Below are positions 47,095 to 55,942 of a DNA stretch of 64,000 nucleotides, in pieces. Source of the stretch: an uncultured delta proteobacterium (GTDB lineage Bacteria; Myxococcota_A; Polyangia; Polyangiales; Polyangiaceae). The stretch spans positions 896,001 through 960,000 of the forward strand of contig CAWDXG010000004.1 of NCBI GenBank assembly GCA_963806225.1, given 5' to 3'. Below the pieces are notes generated by a model. The model saw nothing but the letters and a program-made list of their open reading frames with translations. It searched no databases and was not told where the DNA came from. The position numbers were made by a program, and so were the translations under genes. The stretch's first letter is position 1. Each line of letters opens with the position of its first letter.

Positions 47095-48720
47095 TCAATC
47101 GACCAGCGACTCGAACTGCCGCCCCATGACGCGCAGGATCTGTTCGGCGGCGCGGATGCCGCGGTCCTGCGCTTCCTCGAACAGTGCGAGGCCGGACAGA
47201 TCGGAGTGCGCGAAATGCACGCGGCCTTCGGGCTGGGCGGCTCTGCGGCGCGCGGGGCCCCAGATGAAGCCGGGGCGCGGGCTGACCATGGCGTGACCCC
47301 AGCGGTAGACATCAATGCGCCCGATCGCGCCTTCGAGGCCGTCGTGCGCGCGGGACAGATCGGAGACGATCGAATCGCAGAAGCCGGCGTGATCGATCGC
47401 CTTCAGCTTCTCGCGCGCGACGGCGGGGTCGTGATCGACGAAGGGGTGGTAGTACGTCCACACCGTCGGGCCGTGGTCGACCAGGCGCTGGTGCGTCGCG
47501 ACGACGTAGCCGAGCGCGGGGCTGTCGTAGAGCACGTTGTCCCACGCGAACGGGAAGCCACGGCTCCGGGGGCGCTTCGACAGGTGCAGGTTCGCCACCA
47601 TCCACACGCCGTAGTTGAAGTCGTCGAGGTGCGGCGGGGGCTTGTCGCGCCACGGCCGGTAGATGTGCGGGACGATGAATTTCGGGATGGCGAAGATCAG
47701 GTAGTCAGCCACGTAGCGCTGGAGCGTGCCGCCCTTCACGTCGTGCACGCTGAGCTCGACGCTGTCGTCGTGCGGCACCACATCGGTCACCAGATGGCCG
47801 AGCTTCACGCGCTTGCCCGCCACGCCGGACAGGTGCCGGACCAGGTGCCCGTTGCCCTCCGGCCACACGATGAACGGCTCGGAGTCCTTGCCGGGCGAGG
47901 GCACGCGCGCGCAGAAGTAGAACAGGAGCGCCCAGGCGCTCGTGGTCTCGAGCGTCAGCCCGTAGTCGTCGCGGCAGGCGTACTCGAGGTACCAGTGCAT
48001 GGGCTTCGAGGTGAAACCCTTCTTCCTGACCCACTCGGCGGCCGTCATGCGGTCGAGCGCCGTCACCTCGGCGTCGTCCGAGCAGCGGTGCACCGGGATG
48101 GTGAAGGCGCGCCGGCCGCGGGTGTCGCGCCAGCGCACCCAGTGATCGACCTCGCGATTGAAGCGCCTCAGTTCCGCGAAGGTCTGCTTCGACGCGCCTT
48201 CGTATGGGAACAGCCCCTGATGCCACGCGCCGTGGATGAACAGCCGCTCCTCCGGCGCGCGCACCAGCCGCGCCTCCTTCACGCGCGGCTCGGCGCCGGG
48301 CGGGACTTTCAAGAGCACGCCTAGCTCGTCGAGCAACGCGATGAGCGCGGGGTTGTCGCGGGTGGGCGCCGGCACGTAGTGCGCGCCCCAGGGATACGGG
48401 ACCACGCCGTCGGTGCCGTAGGTCGACGTGCCGCCCACCTTCGGCTCCAGGTCGAACACGACGAAGTCGCGCTCGCCGAGCCGCTCGAGCCGCCACGCCG
48501 CGTTGAGCCCGCTCGGTCCCGAGCCGATGATCGCCACGCGCACGCGCTTCGCCGGCCCGCTCGCGTGCTCCACGGTGGTGCGCCGGAGCCGATGACCCAC
48601 AGGCATCGCCGCGCCGCGCACCTCGCCGGGAAGGGACCGCGGGCGCACACGCCGGCATGCCTCGGCGGCCAGGGGCGCGCCCAGGAGCAGCGTCAGCATC
48701 TCACGGCGTGACGGCGACAC
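47095..48720 (-). CDS. FAD-dependent oxidoreductase (amine-oxidase-like) with Tat-like signal
   Basis: N-terminal 'SRREML', 'IIGSGPSG' dinucleotide fold, 'PWGAHY', 'YACRDDYG', 'RWGHAM' and 'AHSDLSG..LFEEA'. Confidence 0.88.
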   Translation of the reverse strand: MSPSRREMLTLLLGAPLAAEACRRVRPRSLPGEVRGAAMPVGHRLRRTTVEHASGPAKRVRVAIIGSGPSGLNAAWRLERLGERDFVVFDLEPKVGGTSTYGTDGVVPYPWGAHYVPAPTRDNPALIALLDELGVLLKVPPGAEPRVKEARLVRAPEERLFIHGAWHQGLFPYEGASKQTFAELRRFNREVDHWVRWRDTRGRRAFTIPVHRCSDDAEVTALDRMTAAEWVRKKGFTSKPMHWYLEYACRDDYGLTLETTSAWALLFYFCARVPSPGKDSEPFIVWPEGNGHLVRHLSGVAGKRVKLGHLVTDVVPHDDSVELSVHDVKGGTLQRYVADYLIFAIPKFIVPHIYRPWRDKPPPHLDDFNYGVWMVANLHLSKRPRSRGFPFAWDNVLYDSPALGYVVATHQRLVDHGPTVWTYYHPFVDHDPAVAREKLKAIDHAGFCDSIVSDLSRAHDGLEGAIGRIDVYRWGHAMVSPRPGFIWGPARRRAAQPEGRVHFAHSDLSGLALFEEAQDRGIRAAEQILRVMGRQFESLVD

Positions 48721-48769
48721 GGGTCGCTACAGTGCACGCGGGAGCGCCCGCGTCAAACCGCGGTCGCGA

Positions 48770-50152
48770 TCACAGGCAGCAGAACGTGACTGCCCCGGTC
48801 GGCGCGACGCTGCCGCTCTTCTGGCCGCCGCCCGCCGTGCAGGAGCCGCCGCTGGGCGTGCCGCCCGTGTACACCGAGCCGCGCGTATCCTCGAGCCCGC
48901 CGTCGTACGGCACCGTGGTGGAGTCGGCGGCGATCGGATAGCACTGGTTCGGCACGCTCATCACCGTCTCGTTGCTCGAGCAGGTGTCGGTGTACGTCTT
49001 GACCGTGCCGCTGCAGTTCTGACCGGTCGGCGATCCGCAGGTGCACGCGCTGCACGTGCGCCCGTCCTGGTAGCCGGTGTAGTAGACGTGCTTGTGCGTG
49101 TACGGCCCGGACGGGCAGGGATTGTCGCCGTCCTTGTACATGCAGGTGAACCCGAACGGCGCCTTCGGCACCGGGATGCACGCCGACGTGGCGCCGCAAC
49201 CCTTGCCGCTGGTGGGCGCGCCGGTGCAGGCCACCATGGAGTTCTGCCAGGTGGGCGTCGGGATGTTCTTCTTGTTGTTGTCCGCCTGCGCCGCACACGA
49301 CGACCCGCTGGCCGTCGGGGGGCTGAACATCGCGGCCTTCGGCGATTCGCCGCTCGGCCCGTGGATCTCGCCATAGACCTTGCAGGCCCCGCCGCTAGTC
49401 AGTGTGAAGGACGTACCGGTGCAGCCCCAGCAGCCGCCGTTGCAGCTGGTCGTGTCCCAATACTGGATGTCTACGTCGGAGCAGCTGCCGCCCGTCGGGT
49501 TGCCACACGAGCAACCCTGGCAGCTCCACGTGCCGCCCTGGACATTGGCGTTGCCGCTGGTCGCAGGGGTCACGTAATCGCCGGACGCGAAACAGTTGGG
49601 CTCGGACCCGGGCGCGCCGTCCCACATCGCGACCGGCCCCAGCCAGCCGCCAGTCAGGACGGCTGGAGCGCAGGTGAACGGTCCCTGGCAGTCGGTGTCC
49701 TGGCAGTCGATCTTGCCGTCGCCGTCGTCGTCCTTGCCGTTGGTGCAGTCCTCGCCGCCGGTGCCGCCACCGGTGCCGCCCGAGCCGCCCACGCTGCCGC
49801 CGGTGCCACCCGTCGAGCCGCCGGTGCCGCCCGTCGAACCGCCCGTGCCACCCGTGCCGCCGGTCGAACCGCCGCTGCCGCCCGCACCTCCGGTGACGGA
49901 GCCACCGCTGCCGCCGTTCGCGCCCGTGCCGCCGCTGCCCGCAAGGCCACCGTTGCCCGCCGACGCGTCCACGCCTCCGCTGCCTCCGCTGGCCCCGCCC
50001 ACGCCAGAGTCGTAGAAGGCGTTGTCGTCGTACGTGTAGCTGGGAAAGCCACAGCCTACGTAGCCGCTGATCAATACCACCGCTCCGAGCGCGGCGGACC
50101 AGCGCCACGAGCGCCGGCGACGATGCGAAGGCCTAGAATCGTCCGACAACAT
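48770..50152 (-). CDS. Cys-rich lipoprotein with Gly-rich linker
   Basis: Hydrophobic signal ending 'VGC', GGTGG repeats, 'EDCTNGKDDDGDGKIDCQDTDC', 'CxxCxCGxP' twice and C-terminal 'TFCCL'. Confidence 0.8.
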   Translation of the reverse strand: MLSDDSRPSHRRRRSWRWSAALGAVVLISGYVGCGFPSYTYDDNAFYDSGVGGASGGSGGVDASAGNGGLAGSGGTGANGGSGGSVTGGAGGSGGSTGGTGGTGGSTGGTGGSTGGTGGSVGGSGGTGGGTGGEDCTNGKDDDGDGKIDCQDTDCQGPFTCAPAVLTGGWLGPVAMWDGAPGSEPNCFASGDYVTPATSGNANVQGGTWSCQGCSCGNPTGGSCSDVDIQYWDTTSCNGGCWGCTGTSFTLTSGGACKVYGEIHGPSGESPKAAMFSPPTASGSSCAAQADNNKKNIPTPTWQNSMVACTGAPTSGKGCGATSACIPVPKAPFGFTCMYKDGDNPCPSGPYTHKHVYYTGYQDGRTCSACTCGSPTGQNCSGTVKTYTDTCSSNETVMSVPNQCYPIAADSTTVPYDGGLEDTRGSVYTGGTPSGGSCTAGGGQKSGSVAPTGAVTFCCL

Positions 50153-51167
50153 TGACTCCAGTAAGCGAAGAGGTCTGCACCAGATCGACGCGCACGCCGC
50201 GCCGGGAAGCCGAGTCCTTCTTCTCGTCGGCCTTGGGGGACGACGAGCCACCGGTCGCCAGCATGATGACCGCGACCACCACTCCGGCCGCCCCCACTCC
50301 GAGCGTCACCTCGGAAAGCGTCGTGTAGAGCTTGCCCTTGTCGCCGGTGCTCTTGAGGCTCGCCGGGCAGACGTTGCCGCGGCAGCCCTTCTCCAGGTCG
50401 CTCTTGGCGCCGGCGCGCAGGCCGTAGAAGACTCCCGACGCGGCGAGGCTCGCTACGCCGAGGCCACCGATGATCCAGGGCGCCGCCGAGCCGTGCTTTT
50501 CCGGTGGCTTCTTCTTCGGCGTCTCTACGGGCGGCACTTCCGACGGCGGCGGAGTCTCCTCGGGTGTCTTCAGAAGCTCCGGAGGTGGAACGAGATCGAC
50601 CTTGCTCGTCTCGCCCTCCTTGACCGTCACGTCCTTCTCGAAGTGCTTGTCGCCGGGCAGCGTCGCGACAATCTGGTGAGCGCCCGGATCGACCGCGACC
50701 TCGTTGCCCAGCTTCGCCTCGCCCAGCTGGACGCCGTCGAGCTCCACTGTTGCCGACTCGGCGCCTTCGCCGAGCGTGATCACGAGCTTGGGGATGCGCG
50801 CTTCGAGCCCTTTGCGCGCCTTGGTGATCTGGTGCAGCTCCTTGGCCTTCTTCTGCTTGGCCTCGTACTCGGCCATCCGGTAGTCGCCCAGCGCCTCGTT
50901 CAACCGGCCGAGGTTCTCCTTGCAGCGGGCGATGTGGAACTGGACCTGTGGCGTGCGCTTGACCTGGGCGACCTGTTCGAACTTGGCGAGCGCGCCGGCC
51001 CAGTCGCCAGCCGCTTCCAGGCTGACCCCCTGCCGGTAGGCCGCTCGCGCCTTCGCCAACTCGTGCCGCGACTGCGCCGACGCCACCGGCGCGACCGTCA
51101 CCGTGCCCATAGCGAGAACCATGCCCAGCGCGACGGCTCGGAGTCCTCTCGTAGCTTGTGACCTCAA
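50133..51167 (-). CDS. Secreted TPR-like + PEGA-domain protein (paralog of 25820..26842)
   Basis: 'ARAAYRQG.SLE.AGDW..AL', 'VELDG...VDPGAHQI' and C-terminal 'VVGRF'. Confidence 0.8.
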   Translation of the reverse strand: MRSQATRGLRAVALGMVLAMGTVTVAPVASAQSRHELAKARAAYRQGVSLEAAGDWAGALAKFEQVAQVKRTPQVQFHIARCKENLGRLNEALGDYRMAEYEAKQKKAKELHQITKARKGLEARIPKLVITLGEGAESATVELDGVQLGEAKLGNEVAVDPGAHQIVATLPGDKHFEKDVTVKEGETSKVDLVPPPELLKTPEETPPPSEVPPVETPKKKPPEKHGSAAPWIIGGLGVASLAASGVFYGLRAGAKSDLEKGCRGNVCPASLKSTGDKGKLYTTLSEVTLGVGAAGVVVAVIMLATGGSSSPKADEKKDSASRRGVRVDLVQTSSLTGVNVVGRF

Positions 51168-51242
51168 GGTACCGCTATCCTATCACCGGTTCTTTTCGGT
51201 CCCGTAGCCAGTTTGTGCCCGGCGCCCAGGCAACGGCGCCAG

Positions 51243-52052
51243 CTAGCCTTTGGTCTGCCGCTCGGCTTCGCCGATCAGCCGCGAATACCCCTCGAAACGC
51301 TCGTCTCCTTCGCGCACAGGGCGCGAGGCAGCGGGGCCACCGGGCACGGGTGACGCGGTGCGTGCAGGCCCAGGCGTCGAGAATGACGCGACGCTGGAGA
51401 CGCGGCTGCTGCGATCCACCCGGATCCCGGCGCGCTCTGCCAGAGCGTCCGCCAGCTGGTCGAGCGCCTGGACGGGGTTATCGGATGCGAGCCCCAGTGT
51501 CTGGAACGGGAAGGCACGGGCATCGACCCGGGCGATCCAGGGAACGGTCACGAAGTGCAGATCCGCCGCCGCGTAGGCGTCGAAGTCCCCCGAAGGCATG
51601 CTTTCCCGAAACACCGCGATATCGCTGGCGCTGGGCACCACAGCACGGAAAGTTGCGCTGGAGCGGGTCGATCGCGCCTGGATGGGGCGGGCGCCGGTCT
51701 GCACCTCGCCCCGCACGATCACGAGCAGCGCGGCGTAGGGAACCGCGATCGTGCGCTCGCTCAGGTCCAGCACCAACTGCTCCGGCTCGAGGCGGAGCCC
51801 GTGCAGGATGGCCGTCCGCCGCGACGGCTCGTAGATGAGCTGGGGGTCGACCACCGCGACGCGGAAGCCCTGGGAGAGGATGGCCTGACCCAGCTGCCGT
51901 GCCTGCGCCTCGTCGGCCAGCGCGCGCACGACGCCCCAGGATCCGGGCCGGATCCGCGTCTTCAGCTCGTAGGCCACCAGGCCCGTTACCTGGGCGAGCC
52001 GAGCGTACTCTGCGTCGGTCCCCTCGAAGGGAGGACCCAACAAGACCAACAT
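51243..52052 (-). CDS. Hypothetical protein
   Basis: 269-aa ORF with normal composition filling the gap; no recognised motif. Confidence 0.6.
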   Translation of the reverse strand: MLVLLGPPFEGTDAEYARLAQVTGLVAYELKTRIRPGSWGVVRALADEAQARQLGQAILSQGFRVAVVDPQLIYEPSRRTAILHGLRLEPEQLVLDLSERTIAVPYAALLVIVRGEVQTGARPIQARSTRSSATFRAVVPSASDIAVFRESMPSGDFDAYAAADLHFVTVPWIARVDARAFPFQTLGLASDNPVQALDQLADALAERAGIRVDRSSRVSSVASFSTPGPARTASPVPGGPAASRPVREGDERFEGYSRLIGEAERQTKG

Positions 52053-52234
52053 GGGCGGGGATGCCTCGCTCGGGCCAGCTTAGCCGAGCGCCGGCCCGGG
52101 ATCCGAGAAATCGGCCGGATGCGGGCCGCCGTCCGCCGGGCGTCGGGCCGGCAATCCTGCCACGCGGGGTCGCGGAACGGCGCCGGTTCGTGTTAACGAT
52201 GAGCCCAACACCTCCGCGGGGAAGAGGCGACGGC

Positions 52235-52459
52235 ATGGCAATCACCTGGGTTCCTTTCGTCAAAGCGCTTGTCGCGTCGATCGTCTATTCGCTGATCGGC
52301 GTCGCAATGTTCGCGGCGAGCTTCCTGATCATCAGACTGGTCACGCCCTTCTCGATCAGGAAGGAAATCGAAGAGGATCAGAACACGGCGCTCGCCATCA
52401 TGATCGGCTCCGTGATCCTTGGCCTCAGCATCATCATCGCGGCCGCGATCGGCGGCTGA
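52235..52459 (+). CDS. DUF350 small membrane protein
   Basis: Two TM helices around 'TPFSIRKEIEEDQNTALAI', ending 'IIIAAAI'. Confidence 0.85.
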   Translation: MAITWVPFVKALVASIVYSLIGVAMFAASFLIIRLVTPFSIRKEIEEDQNTALAIMIGSVILGLSIIIAAAIGG

Positions 52460-52514
52460 GCCAGCAGAGTCGCGTCCGTCCGGAGCACCGGAGCGCGACG
52501 CCGGAGCTGTGCCC

Positions 52515-54077
52515 GTGACCGGGGCGTGGAGTGTCCCGGGCGCGCCCGGCGACGGGCATCCGCGCGCACCGACCGCGGCGCTGCTCACGATGGTGCTGGT
52601 CATCGCCACCGCCGGCCTCGTCTACGAGCTGGTGATGGCGGCCGTGGCCAGCTACGTGCTGGGCGATTCGGTCACGCAGTTCTCGATCGTGATCGGCGTG
52701 TACCTCTCGGCGCTGGGGCTGGGCGCGTACGCCTCGCGCTTCGTCGAACGCCGCCTGGCGCTGACGTTCGTCGACGTGGAGCTGGCCACGGCGCTCGTCG
52801 GTGGGCTTTCGGCGCCCGCACTGTTCTTCGCCTTCGGCTTCACCGGAGCCTTCCGGCTGGTGCTGTACTCCATCGTCGTCACGGTGGGCGCGCTGGTAGG
52901 CCTCGAGCTGCCGCTGCTCATCCGCATCCTCGAGCGCGAGCTTTCGTTGAAGGAGCTGATCGCGCGCGCGCTCACCTTCGACTACGCGGGCGCCCTGGTC
53001 GGTTCCCTCGCGTTCTCGCTGCTCCTGGTCCCGCACCTCGGGCTCGTGCACACCTCGATTGCATGCGGGCTCTTGAATGGCGTCGTGGCGCTCGCGTCCA
53101 CCTGGGTGCTCGCCGGCAGCACCGGCCCGGAACGCCGTTCGATGGCGGGAGCCCGCGTGCGGGCCGTACTGGTGCTGCTGGTGCTGGTGGTGCTCTTCTT
53201 CGAGGGAGGCCGGCTGCGCAAGGTCTCCGAGACGGCGATGTACCCGGGCCCGATGCTGCTCGCCGAGCAGTCCCCGTACCAGCGCATCGTCGTGGCGCGG
53301 CGCGGCGCGGGCTTCCAGCTGTTCCTGAACGGGAACCTGCAGTTTTCCTCGGCCGACGAGTTCCGCTACCACGAAGCGCTGGTGCATCCGGCCATGGCCG
53401 CCGCGGCAGAGCACCACCGGGTGCTGATCGGCGGCGGTGGCGACGGGCTCGCGGTGCGCGAGGTGCTGAAGTGGCCGGGCGTGCAATCCGTCACGCTGGT
53501 GGATCTCGATCGGCGGATGACCTCCCTCGCGCAGCACTCAGCCCTGCTCGCCGGACAGAACCAGCGCTCCTTTTCCGACCCGCGCGTCCACATCGTGAAC
53601 GCCGACGCGATGGTGTGGTTCGGCACGAGCCGCGACAAGTTCGACGTGGTGCTGCTCGATTTCCCGGATCCGACGAACTACTCGCTCGGCAAGCTCTACT
53701 CGCGGCGCTTCTACAAGCTGGCCGCCACCCGGCTCGCCTCCGACGGCGCGATGGTCGTGCAGTCGACCTCGCCGATGTTCGCCCGCGACGCGTTCTGGTG
53801 CGTCGTACACACGCTCGGCAGCGTGGGTCTCTCGACGTTGCCCTATCACGTGTTCGTGCCGTCCTTCGGCGAGTGGGGCTACGTGCTGGCGCGCCACCAT
53901 GCGGGGCCGCGTCCGGGGCGCCTTCCGCCCGCACCCCTGCGCTATCTCGACCCGGACACGCTGCGCGCGCTGTTCGACTTCCCCCCGGACATGTCGGAGC
54001 GACCGACACGGCTGAACCGCCTCGACAACCAGGCTCTGGTTGCCTACTACCTCGGCGCCTGGGCGCGCTGGAACTAG
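52515..54077 (+). CDS. speE: Polyamine aminopropyltransferase (spermidine-synthase-like) with N-terminal membrane domain
   Basis: 'AGLVYEL', 'QFS.VIG', 'SPYQRI', 'LFLNGNLQF...DE..YHEALVHP', 'GGGDGL..REVL', 'DFPDP' and 'VPSFGEWG'. Confidence 0.9.
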   Translation: MTGAWSVPGAPGDGHPRAPTAALLTMVLVIATAGLVYELVMAAVASYVLGDSVTQFSIVIGVYLSALGLGAYASRFVERRLALTFVDVELATALVGGLSAPALFFAFGFTGAFRLVLYSIVVTVGALVGLELPLLIRILERELSLKELIARALTFDYAGALVGSLAFSLLLVPHLGLVHTSIACGLLNGVVALASTWVLAGSTGPERRSMAGARVRAVLVLLVLVVLFFEGGRLRKVSETAMYPGPMLLAEQSPYQRIVVARRGAGFQLFLNGNLQFSSADEFRYHEALVHPAMAAAAEHHRVLIGGGGDGLAVREVLKWPGVQSVTLVDLDRRMTSLAQHSALLAGQNQRSFSDPRVHIVNADAMVWFGTSRDKFDVVLLDFPDPTNYSLGKLYSRRFYKLAATRLASDGAMVVQSTSPMFARDAFWCVVHTLGSVGLSTLPYHVFVPSFGEWGYVLARHHAGPRPGRLPPAPLRYLDPDTLRALFDFPPDMSERPTRLNRLDNQALVAYYLGAWARWN

Positions 54078-54080
54078 GAA

Positions 54081-54118
54081 TGTAGCAAAATGTCACAGGT
54101 TTGTGACATTTTGCTACA
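54081..54118. terminator. Perfect 17-bp AT-rich inverted repeat between convergent genes (bidirectional terminator or protein-binding site)
   Basis: tgtagcaaaatgtcaca-ggtt-tgtgacattttgctaca fills almost the whole 43-bp gap between two stop codons. Confidence 0.6.
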
Positions 54119-54120
54119 GA

Positions 54121-55791
54121 TCAGAAGCCCGGATCGGTCATGGGCGGCGGCACGAAGCCGCCGCTCGACTTGGTCTGCTTGACCGGCGGCTTCTTGTCCG
54201 GCTTCGCGCTGGCAGCGGGCTTGACCGGCGTGGGCGCCTTCTTCGCGGGGTTCATCGCGTGCGCCACCGCGGGGTGCGTCGTCTTCGCCGGCTCGTCCTT
54301 CTCCAGAGCCAGCTGGCTGGGATCGATGGCGTCGTCCTCGGAGGGCGCCGAAGACTTCGCCGAAGGCGACGCGGGCTTGTCCGCCGGCGCGGCCTGCTGG
54401 GTCGCTGCCGCCGCCGCAGGATGGGCCGGGACGTTGACCTCATGGACGGCGGTGCCTCCGCCGCGGGTGAGCAGCACGGCACCGCCGATCAGCGCGCCCG
54501 TCAGGAGCAGAGCGCCGACGATCCACACCGCACCGCGCGAGCGTGCCGGCGCCGGCGAGCTGGGAGTCTCGGTGCCGTAGGGCGTGAGCGGTCCGCTCAC
54601 CGGACCCGCCGGAGTCGAGTTCTCCGAAGCCAGCGTGGGTCGCCCGCTGCCGGGAGACGAGAGCTCGGCGGCCTGCGGCATGAGGAGCGCTGCCGTCTGT
54701 TGGCTGAGCGGCGTCCCGCCGTGGACCGACTGGCGCGCCAGCTCCGTGAGCGGCCGGAGCTTCGCGGGCGCGACTTCGTCCGCGCCCTGCGCGCGATCGT
54801 CGGCCAGACGGATTGCCTCGCGCAGCGCCGAGCGACGCTCGTCGCCGCGCTCGCCCAGCAGTCCGGTCACGAACTTGCCGACATCCTCGGTGCGCACACG
54901 CGGTACCGTCGGTGGAAACACCCGATCGAGCGCAGCCTCGAACTCGGCTGCGGTCTGGAAGCGCTTTTCGGGATCCCGGTCGAGCGCCTTCAGCACGACC
55001 GTCTCGAGCGGCTTCGGGTAGTCCTTGTTGTAGGCGCGGGGCGCGATGATGGGCCGATCCGAGACGATGTTCTGCAGCGTCACGATGTCGCTCTCGCCAC
55101 GGAACGGATGCTTCCCGGTGGTCAGCTGGTAGAGGATGATGCCGAGTGCGAACACGTCGGTGCGACGGTCGATCGGACTGCCCAGCGCCTGCTCGGGCGA
55201 CATGTACGGTGGCTTGCCCTTGATCTGGCCAGCGCTCGTCTCCTCCGCAGTACGGCCCGCCGCCTTCGCGACACCGAAGTCGACGATCTTCACCATCCCG
55301 CTGTAGGTGATGAGGATGTTCTGCGGCGAGATGTCGCGATGCACGAGGCCGATCAGCTCGCCGCTCTCGCTCTTGAGCTCGTGGGCGGCATGCAGGCCCG
55401 CGCTCGCGTCGGCGACGATCTTCACGGCGACGGGCAGCGGAATGCCGTCGGCCTTGGCGGCGGCGCGCCGAAGCGAGCTGAGCGGCTCGCCGTCCACCCA
55501 CTCCATGACGAGGTACAGCACATCGTCCTGCTCGCCGAGGTCGAGGATCTCCACGACGTTCGGGTGACGGATGCGCGCGCAGATCTGCGCCTCGTCGAGG
55601 AACATCTGCTCGAACTGCGGATCGTCCGAGATGCTGGGCAGCATCGTCTTGACCGCGACGGTCTTGCTGAACCCGCGCGTACCCTTGAGACGCGCCGCCC
55701 ACACCGCGGCCATGCCCCCCTGCGCGATCGGCACCAGGAACTCGTAGCGGCCTACAGTCTGCCCCGGCTGGATTTCCCCAAGCGTTCTCAT
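54121..55791 (-). CDS. Membrane Ser/Thr protein kinase (paralog of 26921..28504)
   Basis: 'IAQGGMAAV', 'HRDISPQN', 'DFGVAK' and 'YMSPEQ', then a TM helix and a Pro/Lys-rich tail ending 'DPGF'. Confidence 0.95.
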   Translation of the reverse strand: MRTLGEIQPGQTVGRYEFLVPIAQGGMAAVWAARLKGTRGFSKTVAVKTMLPSISDDPQFEQMFLDEAQICARIRHPNVVEILDLGEQDDVLYLVMEWVDGEPLSSLRRAAAKADGIPLPVAVKIVADASAGLHAAHELKSESGELIGLVHRDISPQNILITYSGMVKIVDFGVAKAAGRTAEETSAGQIKGKPPYMSPEQALGSPIDRRTDVFALGIILYQLTTGKHPFRGESDIVTLQNIVSDRPIIAPRAYNKDYPKPLETVVLKALDRDPEKRFQTAAEFEAALDRVFPPTVPRVRTEDVGKFVTGLLGERGDERRSALREAIRLADDRAQGADEVAPAKLRPLTELARQSVHGGTPLSQQTAALLMPQAAELSSPGSGRPTLASENSTPAGPVSGPLTPYGTETPSSPAPARSRGAVWIVGALLLTGALIGGAVLLTRGGGTAVHEVNVPAHPAAAAATQQAAPADKPASPSAKSSAPSEDDAIDPSQLALEKDEPAKTTHPAVAHAMNPAKKAPTPVKPAASAKPDKKPPVKQTKSSGGFVPPPMTDPGF

Positions 55792-55942
55792 GACGAAGGA
55801 ACGGTGGGCGGAGGGTGGCAGAGCATGACGTGCTGCACAAGTGAGCCGGGGAGCATGTCGGTCCATGTAGGCGCGGGTAGGACCCGCGACCGCTCTCCCA
55901 TACTATCACCCGGCGCGCGGCGCGGCACGTCGCCCGATCACG

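Noticed and set aside
45834..47129. Repeat-protein ORFs across the array (HDHEMRASRAFSGAGTP, PENAREARISWSWG, TTTKCAPHVHFPALGRP)
   Set aside because: A 51-bp GC-rich unit is open in most frames by construction. There is no convincing start or RBS, and unit-length variants break the frames.
54093..54106. CRP/FNR site (TCACA...TGTGA)
   Set aside because: Half-sites are in the reverse order with a 4-bp spacer, and lie between convergent stop codons rather than in a promoter.
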